Assembly (NCBI GenBank): GCA_051531975.1 | Contig: JAOPTT010000005.1 | Span: 64,001-128,000 of the forward strand | Direction of reading: 5' to 3' | Origin: Spirochaetaceae bacterium | GTDB taxonomy: Bacteria > Spirochaetota > Spirochaetia > DSM-2461 | Length of the DNA stretch: 64,000 nucleotides | In this document: positions 1 through 10,702 of the stretch, piece after piece | Layout: each line of letters opens with the position of its first letter | Numbering within the stretch: the first letter of the stretch is position 1 | The notes under the pieces: generated by a model | The model's database searches: none | The model's input: the letters and a program-made list of their open reading frames with translations, nothing else | Told to the model about the DNA's origin: nothing | Made by a program: the position numbers and the translations under genes

Positions 1-762
1 TCCGGATTCATAACATGCGTCGGTATAGGATACACCATTTTGAATGAGGCTCAGGGCTGTTAGACACCGCACTTCATTTATGTAGTGTAGAATAGTCTGA
101 TTTGTGTGATGTTTAAAAACTCTGCATAAGTGGTTTTTGGTAACACTTAATTCTCGGCTCATATCATCTAGGGTAATCTGAGAGTTGGAATCCCGGGATA
201 TATAGAATAAAATCTTTTTAACAAGATTTAATGATTCAGGATATTTTTCAGGAATATTTTTCTGCCCATTACCCCCAAGTCTAAGTAGGCGACCGATTAT
301 CTGATAAATGTATGATCGGATCATATATGCACTCGCTGCATCCTTTTGATGGAATTCTTCTCTTAGAGAAAGAGCAAGTTCAATCAGACTTTTGTCCTGT
401 TTTATATAAGTTGGGAAATTTTTATATTGTCCAAGAATCCGGTCATTCCCGTCGTTGTAGATACTTTTATCTAGAGAGGAGAGATCTATTTGTACAGTAA
501 GAAATCTTGTATTATCCAGAAAACCGGTACCCTTATGAAGATCACACCACCCTATATAACCTGTATCACCGGTATAAAGCCACTGTTTTTTCCCATTACA
601 GAGAACTTCAACCCCACCTTCAAGGACAAAATAGAATTCAATTGCTTCATGCCAATGCAGTTCTGATCCCATACTATTATTCATCCTCTTTTGTTCATTT
701 ATATGGACGGGGACAACAGAGTCTTTGAGTTGGATATATTCAAACACAGGTAAATGTATCAT
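1..762 (-). CDS. AraC-family transcriptional regulator with N-terminal cupin-type domain (3' end runs off the window)
   Basis: Not in the ORF track; read by hand. ATG at 762 with GGAG RBS. Translation MIHLPVFEYIQLKD...ELHWHEAIEF (cupin motif) and ...ITLDDMSRELSVTKNHLCRVFKHHTNQTILHYINEVR...DACYESG (AraC double HTH). Divergent from the sulfatase. Confidence 0.9.
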   Translation of the reverse strand, partial: MIHLPVFEYIQLKDSVVPVHINEQKRMNNSMGSELHWHEAIEFYFVLEGGVEVLCNGKKQWLYTGDTGYIGWCDLHKGTGFLDNTRFLTVQIDLSSLDKSIYNDGNDRILGQYKNFPTYIKQDKSLIELALSLREEFHQKDAASAYMIRSYIYQIIGRLLRLGGNGQKNIPEKYPESLNLVKKILFYISRDSNSQITLDDMSRELSVTKNHLCRVFKHHTNQTILHYINEVRCLTALSLIQNGVSYTDACYESG

Positions 763-878
763 AAGAACTCCTTTGACATATCAATATTGTGCTATTATTG
801 GGGTGTATTATACCTATTATTGATATTATATCAGAATATAATACTAATATAAATAATTAATATAAAGGGGTTAATGAT

Positions 879-2336
879 ATGAGAGTTTTATTTGTTGATA
901 TAGATACACTTCGTCCTGACCATATGGGTTGTTACGGTTATCATAGAAACACTACTCCAAACATGGATAAAATATGTGAAGAGGGGATCAGATTTAACAA
1001 CTATTATACATCTGATGCACCTTGTCTGCCTTCAAGGGCGGCACTTATAAGTGGTATGCACGGATTCAGAAATGGTGCCGTTGGTCATGGTGGGACAGCT
1101 GCAGACCGACGATTAGTTGGTAAGGAGAGAGGTTTCAAAGATTACCGTGATGAAGGGAACTTTCATAATATTTTTAGAAAGGCGGGAATGCATACAGCAT
1201 CCATAAGTACATTCCCTGAACGCCACTCCATGTGGTGGTTTAATGGCGGATTAAATGAAACATACAATGTAGGTAAATGCGGTATGGAATCCGGAGAGGA
1301 AGTAATCCCTGTAGCACTAGACTGGCTTGATAGAAAAGGGTTGGAAGACGACTGGTATCTCCATGTTCATTTATGGGATCCACATACACCATACAGGGCT
1401 CCTGAATCTTTTGGAGAACCATTTGAGGGACAGCCAGTAAAACCATGGCTAACGAAAGAGGTCTTTGAACAGCACAAAAAACATACAGGACCCCATTCTA
1501 TATTGGAGACGGGTATGTATGATGACAATGTTGGGCCGGGAATTATTAGACAACCTGGTATGTGTAGAACTATGGATGAGTATACAAAATTCTTAAACGG
1601 TTATGATACCGGTATATCCTATGCCGACTATTTAATGGGCCAAGTCTTTGATAAGTTAAAATCTCTAGGTATATACGAGGAAACAGCTGTCATAATTACA
1701 TCTGACCATGGTGAGAATATGGGAGAATTGGGAATATATGCGGAACATGGAACTGCAGATAAAGGAACCTGTAACATACCAATGATAATAAAATGGCCAG
1801 GTATTGAAGGTAGCAAAGTTGATAATGGATACCACTATAATCTGGATCTGCTTCCGACTATGGCCGAACTACTATGTGTGGAAAAGTCAGATCATTGGGA
1901 CGGTGAGAGTTATAAATCATGCTTATTCAGTACCGATGAGTTTCCAGGAAGGAACCATCTTATTATTTCCCAGAATGCACATGTCTGTCAGCGGAGTGCT
2001 CTTTTTGACGGATGGCTCTATATTCGAACAATTCACGACGGCTATCATCTTTTTGACAGAGAGATGTTATTCAATCTCAACGAAGATCCATATGAACAAA
2101 ATAATGTTAGGGATGACAACCAAGAGATTTGTGCCAAAGGAGCCAAACTAATCCTTGATTGGCAGGAGGAGCAGATGAAAAAAGATCCATCCAACAGGGA
2201 TCCAATGTGGACAGTAATGAATGAAGGTGGTCCAATGCATACAAAGACAGATCTTAGGTCGTATATTAAACGTTTAAAAGAAACCGGACGGGATGAAGGA
2301 GCCCGGACTCTTGAGCAGAAATATTTGATGTCCTAA
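879..2336 (+). CDS. Cys-type sulfatase (formylglycine-dependent family), cytoplasmic
   Basis: N-terminal DIDTLRPDH, signature CLPSR (CxPxR), DPHTPY, TSDHGE and LFNLNEDPYEQ motifs; no signal peptide. Confidence 0.92.
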   Translation: MRVLFVDIDTLRPDHMGCYGYHRNTTPNMDKICEEGIRFNNYYTSDAPCLPSRAALISGMHGFRNGAVGHGGTAADRRLVGKERGFKDYRDEGNFHNIFRKAGMHTASISTFPERHSMWWFNGGLNETYNVGKCGMESGEEVIPVALDWLDRKGLEDDWYLHVHLWDPHTPYRAPESFGEPFEGQPVKPWLTKEVFEQHKKHTGPHSILETGMYDDNVGPGIIRQPGMCRTMDEYTKFLNGYDTGISYADYLMGQVFDKLKSLGIYEETAVIITSDHGENMGELGIYAEHGTADKGTCNIPMIIKWPGIEGSKVDNGYHYNLDLLPTMAELLCVEKSDHWDGESYKSCLFSTDEFPGRNHLIISQNAHVCQRSALFDGWLYIRTIHDGYHLFDREMLFNLNEDPYEQNNVRDDNQEICAKGAKLILDWQEEQMKKDPSNRDPMWTVMNEGGPMHTKTDLRSYIKRLKETGRDEGARTLEQKYLMS

Positions 2337-2353
2337 TTCAGATACAACATATT

Positions 2354-2382
2354 GGGCTCCCAAAAAGAGGGAGCTCTTTTTT
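2354..2382 (+). terminator. Rho-independent terminator after sulfatase
   Basis: GGGCTCCC/GGGAGCTC stem followed by a T-tract. Confidence 0.75.
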
Positions 2383-2408
2383 ATCTTTTTAATAACCGTT
2401 ATTACACC

Positions 2409-2600
2409 CTAGATCACTTTGTGTATTTTCCTGTATTCCCCGGGAGTAATTCCTTCCCGTTGTCTAAAACGTCTGATATAACTTGGGACATTCAGGTATC
2501 CAATAGATTCTGCAATATTTTTTAATAAACAGTCGGGCTTGATAAGTTCTTTTTTACTCTCCTCAATTCTTATAATGGACAGATATGGAATTCCCCCAGT
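2409..2600 (-). pseudogene. Start-less C-terminal fragment of an AraC-family regulator
   Basis: Hand translation TGGIPYLSIIRIEESKKELIKPDCLLKNIAESIGYLNVPSYIRRFRQREGITPGEYRKIHKVI* matches the second AraC HTH. An in-frame stop at 2601-2603 lies upstream and there is no usable start codon. Confidence 0.75.
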
Positions 2601-2613
2601 TTAATAGACATAT

Positions 2614-2976
2614 TCATGATATTTTATTCACAATAGACTCTCTATCCTTTTTGGATAGTTTATTAAATACAATATCATAGGATTCTGATATAAGTCTTTT
2701 AATCAAATCATCCTCTAAGGTTCCATCTATCATAAGCGACACCCAATGTGTTTTGTTCATATGATACCCAGGAATAATTGCATCAAATAGGTTTCTAAGT
2801 ATTAAGTTATCTTCAGGATCACCTTTAACATTAATTCTAAGGTTTCCATCTGCTTCACCTATAAGGCCAAACATTTTACCACCAACTTTGTAAACTTCAG
2901 TAACATTATCGAAGGGATAGGTTAGTTCTGAACCTTTAAGGGAATCAAAATATTCCATAACTTGGGCTTTAGTCAT
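2614..2976 (-). CDS. MmcQ/YjbR family DNA-binding protein
   Basis: YPF...YKVGGKMF...IIPGYHMNKTHWVS...LISESYDIV motifs. Confidence 0.9.
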   Translation of the reverse strand: MTKAQVMEYFDSLKGSELTYPFDNVTEVYKVGGKMFGLIGEADGNLRINVKGDPEDNLILRNLFDAIIPGYHMNKTHWVSLMIDGTLEDDLIKRLISESYDIVFNKLSKKDRESIVNKIS

Positions 2977-3149
2977 AATTACCTCTTTGTTTTACTATAA
3001 CCCCGTTTGTTACTAATTTACCAGTTAATATAGATATTGGCATCCTAGTTGGTAAGAGTACTGATAACATTCATATATATTAGTGAAGTTTATAATATAA
3101 AGCATCTAAATAATTGGCAAAGATGAAGTGAATCTTTTACAATTAATTT

Positions 3150-6100
3150 ATGACAAAAATTAATTATTTAACAAAGTTAAAATTTTTTTTAATCATATAT
3201 ATATTCTCAGCTAACTCTTTATTCTCTCAACAGATTGTAGATAACTTTACTATATTTGATGAAACTAATGGTTTAGTTCAAGCCATTGTATCAGCAACCC
3301 AGGATAACCAAGGGTTTTTATGGTTTGGTACTGAAGGAAATAATGGTGTTTTTAGGTACGACGGTGTAGAGTTTGTACAGTTTAAACATGAACCAGACAA
3401 TTCTAGCTCTATAGTTTCCGGAAGTATTTATAGTATTATAACTGATAGAAATGGATATATTTGGTTTGCATCAAATGGCGGAGGTCTTAGCCGATTAGAC
3501 CCAATTAATCTAAAATTCCATAACTTCAGCCACTCCCCAACTGATTTAAACAGTATAGCTGATAACTCGATATACTCTCTATTAGAAGATAAAGATGGTA
3601 ACATTTGGATTGCTACAGCAAAAAGTTTAGATCTGTATAATCCCTCTACAAATACTTTTACCCATAACTATCCAAATCGAAATACTAATGGGAAATTAAC
3701 AAACTCTCTTATTTACCATATGTACGAAAGTAGGGATGGAACTATTTGGATTGGGACATATGGCGGAGGATTAAATTATTATAATCCGGATACTCACAAA
3801 TTTAAGTCTTATACTAACGATCCAGGTAATCCTAAAACAATATCAAGTGATACTTGTGGAGCTATAACAGAGGATGTTGATGGTCATATATGGGTTGGAG
3901 GGAAGGCGGGACTTAATAAATTAGATCGAAATACAGGTGAGTTTTTCCATTTTAGGTACGATCATAATAATAACGAATCTATAGCTGATGATTATATATG
4001 GGATATAGAACAGGATTCATCTGGTAATTTGTGGTTAGCAGGTTTTGGAGGTGGTATTGGAAAGTTTGATATACAAACTGGGAAAGTACGTAGGTTTTTA
4101 AATAACTCAATCATCCAAAGTAGTTTAAGTAGTAATTTAGTTTTTTTTAACTTTATCGATACAGGTGGAGTATTATGGAGTGGGACTGTTGATGGTGGTT
4201 TAAATAAATATAACCTTCTTAATGAACAATTTATTAACTATAAAAGCATCGATCGTGATTCTAATAGCTTTTCCGTTTCATCTCTTTTTACTATTTATCA
4301 AACAACAGATAAAAATATTTGGATTGGAGGTCAAGGACATCAATCCGGTTTAAACAAATGGAATAGAAGTGAATCTAAAATTACCCACTATCTACCTAAT
4401 AAGGATATTAAAAATAGCCTACCTGAAGGAGAAGTTTTATCTATATATGAAGATTCTAGTGGTAACTTATATATTGGACAGTATGGATTAACATACTTTG
4501 ATAGAGATAACAGTTCATTTACAAGAATATTTCCGTCTGTGAAAGATGAAGAGATATATTCTGGTATAACTGTACGAAAGATAGTTGAAGATCGGGATAA
4601 AAACCTATGGCTAACGACTGAAAGAGGGTTAATAAAAATATCCCCGGGCAGAGATGACTATGAAATATTTTATGATAAAACTCCATTAACAACTCTATTT
4701 ATTGATAATAAAGATAGTTTATGGGTTGGAACAGCATCTGAGGGTCTTAAAAGAAAGGATTATAACACAGGAGAGTGGGAAAGTTTTATAAATAAAGTTG
4801 ATTCAAAAAACAGACATATATCAGGAATGATTACTTCTATCTATCAGGATAAAAAATCAAGAATATGGGTTGGAACTGATACAGGTCTTAAATTATTTAA
4901 TGAAATAGATAATACATTTTCCACTTTTACAGAATCTGATGGATTTATAAGTAATTCTATTTTGAGTATAGAAGAAGATTCTGGGGGAGCTTTCTGGTTA
5001 GGGACATCCCAGGGATTAGTTAATTTTAATTACGATACAAAAGAGATTAACAACTTTACTGTATCAGATGGAATTCAGGGAAATGAGTTCTCTATTAGAA
5101 ACGATAACTCTATAACTGATGATAATGGTTATATGTATTTTGTTGGAAAAAATGGTTTAACTATTTTTGACCCTTTGAACATAAAGAAAAATGAAAATAA
5201 GCCTAAAGTTGTATTAACTGCTTTCAAAACTTTTAATAAAAAATATGAGATGGATGTTGCTGCCTCTGGTATAAAAAGTCTGGATTTAAGTTGGAAAGAT
5301 AGTATGATAACTTTTGAATTTTCAGCATTAGATTATAATAATCCAGGTCAAAATAGCTATATGTATATGATGAAGGGTTTTGATAAAACTTGGATTGATT
5401 CTAAAAATAACTCTACTGCTACGTATACTAATCTTGATGGAGGAGAGTATACATTTTTGGTTAAAGCATCTAATAATCACGGTGTATGGAATGAAGATGG
5501 TATAAATATTCCAATAAAGATTACCCCACCTTGGTGGAAGAGGTGGTGGGCTAATACTCTGTATATTCTAGTAACTCTACTTCTTATAACACTGTTTATT
5601 AAGTATAGGTTATCAACTTTAGAGAGAGCAAAAAATAGATTAGAGTTAGAGGTTGGAGAGAGAACTAAAGAGCTAAATAACTCTTTAATAAATTTAAAAG
5701 AGACCCAAGAACAGCTGATTGAGTCAGGGAAAATGGCTGCGCTTGGTGGCCTTGTTGCAGGTGTGGCCCACGAAATTAATACTCCTATTGGTATTAGTAT
5801 AACTGCAGCATCGTATTTTAAAGGAATCACCGATGAAGTCTCCCACAAATTTACTGGGGGTGAGTTATCTAAAAAGGATTTTAATAAATATATTTTTGAT
5901 GCAACAGAAAGCTCCGATATAATTTTGACTAATGTTGTACAAGCTGCAAACCTCATTCAGAGTTTTAAAAAGGTTGCTGTAGATCAGACAAGTGAACACC
6001 TTAGAAATTTTAAAATTGGTGCCTATCTAGAAGAAGTTTTAATGAGTTTACATCCAAAAATTAAAAGGACAAAACATAAAATTTTAATAAATATGGAAAA

Positions 6101-6464
6101 AGAGTACACTGTGACAAGCTACCCTGGTGCTTTATCCCAGATAATCACTAACCTAATTATGAACTCTATAATTCATGGTTTTGAAGATATAGATTCAGGT
6201 CAAATTATTATTACTATTAAAAAGGCAGATACTAAAATACATATAGATTATATAGATACAGGTAGGGGTATTCCTTCTAACATAATACCAAATATCTTTG
6301 ATCCTTTTTTTACTACAAAAAGAGGAGTTGGAGGTAGTGGCCTTGGTATGCATATCCTATATAATTTAGTAGTACAAACACTTAAAGGTAGGGTAGAATG
6401 TATAGATACTTCAATGAAGGGTGCACATTTTAAAATTCAATTTCCAATTAATGTAGGAACATAG
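3150..6464 (+). CDS. Sensor histidine kinase with beta-propeller (Reg_prop) and Y_Y_Y periplasmic domains
   Basis: Signal peptide, repeated D..G.IW.GT..GL propeller motifs, YTNLDGGEYTFLVKASN (Y_Y_Y), TM helix, H-box AHEINTP, and DTGRG / FDPFFTTK / GSGLG ATPase boxes. Confidence 0.92.
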   Translation: MTKINYLTKLKFFLIIYIFSANSLFSQQIVDNFTIFDETNGLVQAIVSATQDNQGFLWFGTEGNNGVFRYDGVEFVQFKHEPDNSSSIVSGSIYSIITDRNGYIWFASNGGGLSRLDPINLKFHNFSHSPTDLNSIADNSIYSLLEDKDGNIWIATAKSLDLYNPSTNTFTHNYPNRNTNGKLTNSLIYHMYESRDGTIWIGTYGGGLNYYNPDTHKFKSYTNDPGNPKTISSDTCGAITEDVDGHIWVGGKAGLNKLDRNTGEFFHFRYDHNNNESIADDYIWDIEQDSSGNLWLAGFGGGIGKFDIQTGKVRRFLNNSIIQSSLSSNLVFFNFIDTGGVLWSGTVDGGLNKYNLLNEQFINYKSIDRDSNSFSVSSLFTIYQTTDKNIWIGGQGHQSGLNKWNRSESKITHYLPNKDIKNSLPEGEVLSIYEDSSGNLYIGQYGLTYFDRDNSSFTRIFPSVKDEEIYSGITVRKIVEDRDKNLWLTTERGLIKISPGRDDYEIFYDKTPLTTLFIDNKDSLWVGTASEGLKRKDYNTGEWESFINKVDSKNRHISGMITSIYQDKKSRIWVGTDTGLKLFNEIDNTFSTFTESDGFISNSILSIEEDSGGAFWLGTSQGLVNFNYDTKEINNFTVSDGIQGNEFSIRNDNSITDDNGYMYFVGKNGLTIFDPLNIKKNENKPKVVLTAFKTFNKKYEMDVAASGIKSLDLSWKDSMITFEFSALDYNNPGQNSYMYMMKGFDKTWIDSKNNSTATYTNLDGGEYTFLVKASNNHGVWNEDGINIPIKITPPWWKRWWANTLYILVTLLLITLFIKYRLSTLERAKNRLELEVGERTKELNNSLINLKETQEQLIESGKMAALGGLVAGVAHEINTPIGISITAASYFKGITDEVSHKFTGGELSKKDFNKYIFDATESSDIILTNVVQAANLIQSFKKVAVDQTSEHLRNFKIGAYLEEVLMSLHPKIKRTKHKILINMEKEYTVTSYPGALSQIITNLIMNSIIHGFEDIDSGQIIITIKKADTKIHIDYIDTGRGIPSNIIPNIFDPFFTTKRGVGGSGLGMHILYNLVVQTLKGRVECIDTSMKGAHFKIQFPINVGT

Positions 6465-6474
6465 GAGAAAAACA

Positions 6475-7461
6475 GTGTCAGATAATGACTTAATCACATT
6501 TAGTGACGATGATGAACTTATATCTTTTAAAGAAGACATTACAGAAGAAAAATCTTTACAGGATGATAAACAAGTATGGAATATTCTGATTGTTGATGAT
6601 GAACCTGAGATACATCGAATGACAAAAATGGTTTTAAGAGATTATCGATTTAAAAATCGTTCCTTGTCTATAACAAGTGCATACTCCAGGCGGGAAGCTA
6701 TTGAAATTTTGTCAAAAGAGAATGATATCGCACTAATACTACTTGATGTGGTTATGGAAAGTGATGATGCTGGTCTGTTATGTGTAAAAGATATACGAGA
6801 AAAACTAAAAAACCATAGTGTTAGAATCATCTTAAGAACTGGTCAGCCAGGACAAGCCCCAGAACAGAAAGTTATTGTTGATTATGATATAAATGATTAT
6901 AAACTAAAAACAGAGATTACATCTCAAAAATTATTTACATCAGTAGTTTCGTCTCTACGAACTTATCACCACATAAAAATCTTGAATCGTAGTAGGGTTG
7001 GGTTAGAAAGAATAATTGAGGGAGTAGGAAGTCTATATGATTATAAATCATTCAGTCTTTTTGCTTCAGGAATACTTGAGCAACTAATTTCAATTCTACA
7101 GCTAGAAGATGACTCCTTTTATCTGAAATTTTCAAGTTTATCTGCTTATTTAGATGAATCGGGAGATGATTATCAAATTGTAGCCGCTACAGGTGATTTT
7201 GCAGGAAAAGAAAAGATAAACCTTTGTGAAGCCATTAGTGATCCTTTAAGGTCAAACCTTTTAAAAGCTATAAAAGATAAAAGTAGTTCATTTGATGATA
7301 ACTCATATATCGGTTTTTTTGAAACAGCAACTGGAGGACATACCCTTTTATATCTTTCTTGTCATAGTGAATTATGTGACACAGATAAAAATTTAATTTC
7401 ACTTTTTATTAAAAATGTCTCAACAGTTTTTGAACACATTTCTAATAATAAGAAGCCTTAG
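6475..7461 (+). CDS. Response regulator, REC plus DUF3369-like domain, no enzymatic output domain
   Basis: ILIVDDE, LLDVVME, RIILRTGQPGQAPE and YDINDYK motifs typical of REC-DUF3369 proteins. Confidence 0.8.
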   Translation: MSDNDLITFSDDDELISFKEDITEEKSLQDDKQVWNILIVDDEPEIHRMTKMVLRDYRFKNRSLSITSAYSRREAIEILSKENDIALILLDVVMESDDAGLLCVKDIREKLKNHSVRIILRTGQPGQAPEQKVIVDYDINDYKLKTEITSQKLFTSVVSSLRTYHHIKILNRSRVGLERIIEGVGSLYDYKSFSLFASGILEQLISILQLEDDSFYLKFSSLSAYLDESGDDYQIVAATGDFAGKEKINLCEAISDPLRSNLLKAIKDKSSSFDDNSYIGFFETATGGHTLLYLSCHSELCDTDKNLISLFIKNVSTVFEHISNNKKP

Positions 7462-7524
7462 TAGTAGTTATTATTATGACGTATTTTCTTTACTTTAACA
7501 TAAAATAGACTAAAATTAGTATTA

Positions 7525-9462
7525 ATGAAAGAAATAAAAACTATCTCTATAAAAACTATTCTCATGATTGTTGTAGTATTTCTTGGTGCTGTGCCACTTG
7601 TTTCAATGTATACAATTGTCAGTAGTAGTATTAGAGATAACATTCTAAAAAACACAACTGTTCTAACCCAGGGTATTTTAGATCAGGCTCAAAAATATAT
7701 TAATGAAATTTTAAAAGATGTAGATTCATTATCATACGATTTAAGCAACAATAACGAACTACTAAGTTTATTAGAACAAAAGCAGATTTCTGAAAAAAGC
7801 AGTAAAATAATAAGTGATCTAAGGACTCATACTGATACTATTGGAGATTTAGTTTTAATCGATATTGATGCCAGTAATAAATCTTTAATTTTTAATAATA
7901 AGTATCCTAGGGGATTTTTTATGGAAAAAGGATCTACTAAAGAATTTCTTGAATCTCAAAAAGTTAGACTTTTAGAAGAAAATCATGAAAGAAGCTTGTG
8001 GTTAGGAACCCCGCCTAATAATAGTGGATTAAGTGGGTCTATATGGAACTATAGAATTATAGAATCAGATACAAAAATATACATATTAGGTGTATCTATA
8101 GACATTAATATATTAAAAGATCTTCTACATTCAATCGAAGAGTCTACACACTCTGAAGTTAGACTTATCACATCTGATAATGCTATATATCCTCCGGATG
8201 ATAAATTTTTCAATTATAGCTTTGCTCCTAAAAGTCTTAGCCGAAGTAATAAAGGCCGTTTTATTAGTTTTAGTGATAGTAGGTTAAAAAATGGTGATAT
8301 TGAAAAGTTGTTAATTCAGTTATATTCAGATCCTCTTTATTTTTATAACTTAATTGTACTTACACCTGAAAAAAGCTTATTAAGAGGACTTGCTGCTATA
8401 ACAAGAACCACAAATACTGCTCTAATCATTTTAATTTTTCTATCTGTAGTATTAGGATTAATAAGTATCCTGTTTTTACAATATAGAATTAAACAGCTAA
8501 TTACTGGCGTAAAAAGTATATCTATTGGTAGATATCATATATCTCTACCCTATAAAAGACTTGCTATCAAAGAGGATGTTTATTTAACTAATGCAATAAC
8601 AAAGGTAGCTGTCGAAGTAGCAGATAACCGTGAAAAACTTAAACATATAAATGATAACCTTGAAAAACGAGTAGAAGAGAGAACAATCGAATTAAATGTG
8701 ATGAGGGAAAGTCTTATACATTCAGAACAAATGGCAGTTTTAGGGCGACATGCAACTAAAATTGCTCATGAAATTAATAATCCATTAAGTATCTCAATTA
8801 CAGCGTCTTCCCATCTGTCTATGGTAATAAAAGACATTATTGATAATTTCGAAAATGACACTTTGAAAAAATCACAATTATCAGACTTTTCATCATCTGC
8901 TTTAGAAGTTACCGATATGATAGAAACTAATTTAAAAAGAGCATCTGATCTATCTACTAACTTTAAAAACTTTGCATCAGATCAATTTAGTAACGAAGTT
9001 AGAACTATTAATGTTAAAAGTTATATTACTGAAATAATAAAAGGTTATACTTACAAACTAAAAAACGAATCTTATATTATCAATCTTATATGTAAAGAAG
9101 ATCTTTCCATTGATATATATCCTTCTATCTTATATCAGATAATTACAAATCTCATAAATAATAGTATTCTTCACGGATTTGAAAATAGGACGGAAGGCAT
9201 AATAGATCTAATAATCGCTGAACAGAATAATTACATTGAGATAGTGGTAAAAGATAATGGAGTAGGTATTAGTAAAGAAAATATGTTTCAGTTATATCAA
9301 CCTTTCTTTACAACAAAAAATGGTAGTGGTGGTACAGGTCTTGGTTTAAATATAATTAGAGATCTTATTAAAAATAATTTAGAAGGAAATATAGAATGTC
9401 GTAGTACTCTTGGTAAAGGTACCAGCTTTACTATACATTTTCCAAAGGAGACTTCAAAGTGA
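7525..9462 (+). CDS. Membrane sensor histidine kinase
   Basis: Two TM segments around a periplasmic domain, H-box AHEINNP, and DNGVG, PFFTTK, GTGLGL boxes. Confidence 0.9.
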   Translation: MKEIKTISIKTILMIVVVFLGAVPLVSMYTIVSSSIRDNILKNTTVLTQGILDQAQKYINEILKDVDSLSYDLSNNNELLSLLEQKQISEKSSKIISDLRTHTDTIGDLVLIDIDASNKSLIFNNKYPRGFFMEKGSTKEFLESQKVRLLEENHERSLWLGTPPNNSGLSGSIWNYRIIESDTKIYILGVSIDINILKDLLHSIEESTHSEVRLITSDNAIYPPDDKFFNYSFAPKSLSRSNKGRFISFSDSRLKNGDIEKLLIQLYSDPLYFYNLIVLTPEKSLLRGLAAITRTTNTALIILIFLSVVLGLISILFLQYRIKQLITGVKSISIGRYHISLPYKRLAIKEDVYLTNAITKVAVEVADNREKLKHINDNLEKRVEERTIELNVMRESLIHSEQMAVLGRHATKIAHEINNPLSISITASSHLSMVIKDIIDNFENDTLKKSQLSDFSSSALEVTDMIETNLKRASDLSTNFKNFASDQFSNEVRTINVKSYITEIIKGYTYKLKNESYIINLICKEDLSIDIYPSILYQIITNLINNSILHGFENRTEGIIDLIIAEQNNYIEIVVKDNGVGISKENMFQLYQPFFTTKNGSGGTGLGLNIIRDLIKNNLEGNIECRSTLGKGTSFTIHFPKETSK

Positions 9463-10700
9463 AAAAGATTATAGTTCTATCTATTATATTATCCCTATTT
9501 TCCTGTAAAGAAGTTAATAAAGAGAGACCGTCAATTCAATTTCTGCACTATTTTACTGAAAGTCTCTCTTCAGGAATTGATAAATTAGCTGACACTGTAA
9601 ATTCTAATCAAAAGGAATTTAATCTAATCGCAACACCAATGGATCATGAAGAGTTCAAAATTAGTATTAGAACTCAATTAGAGAGCCAATATCCTCCGGA
9701 TCTTTTTACATATTGGGCTGGGTCTAGAACAAAATATTTAGTAGAACATGGTCAAATATCACCGATATCGGATCTATTTAAAACATTAGTAGATCCGTCT
9801 GTATTTGACAAATCAGTTCTTGATGCATGTTCATATAACAGTGAAATATATATGTTACCGATAACTAGACATTATGTAGGATTTTTTTATAATAAAAATC
9901 TTTTTAATAAGTATAATATCGATCCACCTCAGAACTGGGATGGTTTATTAGAGGTTGCTGATATCTTAAAAAACAAGGGAGTAGCCGCTTTTGCTTTAGG
10001 TGCAAAAAATAGGTGGCCAGCTCAATTTTGGTTTGATTTCATTATGTTAAGAACCGCCGGGTTCACATATAGAGAAAAGTTAATGAATAATGGTGGAAAA
10101 TATAATGATCCTGAAGTTCTAAAAACAATGGAAATTTGGAAAGAACTACTAGGAAAAGGTTTTTTTGGTAACAATATGCTGGAAGACGATTGGGATGATG
10201 CTGTTGTTAAAGTATCAACAGGAGAGGTCGCTATGACATTAATGGGAACATGGACAATTCCTGTGTTAGAGAGAGAGGGACAAGAACCAAATGTTGATTA
10301 TGGATTCTTCCGGTTTCCAGTAATTGATCCTTCCATCGATATAGCTTCATTAGGACCAATTGATGGTGTTTTACTTTCTAGTGGATCAAAAAAACATGGG
10401 TTATCAAAAGAAGTTCTAGTGGCATTTACAAAAGCTGGGGCTCAGGAGTCTTTTAATAGGGATTCAGGGGCAATTGCACCATTAGTTAATGTTAATGATA
10501 ATATATATAATCCAATACAGTTACAGATCAAAGAGTATATTTCCCAGAGTAAAAACTGGGCATTTAATTATGACTTAGCAGCTTCACCAGTAGTCTCAGA
10601 AGCTGGGCTGGATTTTTTTGTAGACTTTCTAGATAATCCAGAACAATATCCTGAACTCTTAGAATCTTTAGAAGTGTTTAGAAGTGAAAATACAAAATAA
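9459..10700 (+). CDS. Extracellular solute-binding lipoprotein (family 1, sugar type)
   Basis: Lipobox LFSC; PPDLF, FFYNKNLF, PPQNWD and AMTLMGTW motifs; GTGA overlap with the kinase. Confidence 0.88.
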   Translation: MKKIIVLSIILSLFSCKEVNKERPSIQFLHYFTESLSSGIDKLADTVNSNQKEFNLIATPMDHEEFKISIRTQLESQYPPDLFTYWAGSRTKYLVEHGQISPISDLFKTLVDPSVFDKSVLDACSYNSEIYMLPITRHYVGFFYNKNLFNKYNIDPPQNWDGLLEVADILKNKGVAAFALGAKNRWPAQFWFDFIMLRTAGFTYREKLMNNGGKYNDPEVLKTMEIWKELLGKGFFGNNMLEDDWDDAVVKVSTGEVAMTLMGTWTIPVLEREGQEPNVDYGFFRFPVIDPSIDIASLGPIDGVLLSSGSKKHGLSKEVLVAFTKAGAQESFNRDSGAIAPLVNVNDNIYNPIQLQIKEYISQSKNWAFNYDLAASPVVSEAGLDFFVDFLDNPEQYPELLESLEVFRSENTK

Positions 10701-10702
10701 TA

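Noticed and set aside
312..728. Short plus-strand ORFs 312-500 and 507-728
   Set aside because: Antisense shadows of the minus-strand AraC gene.
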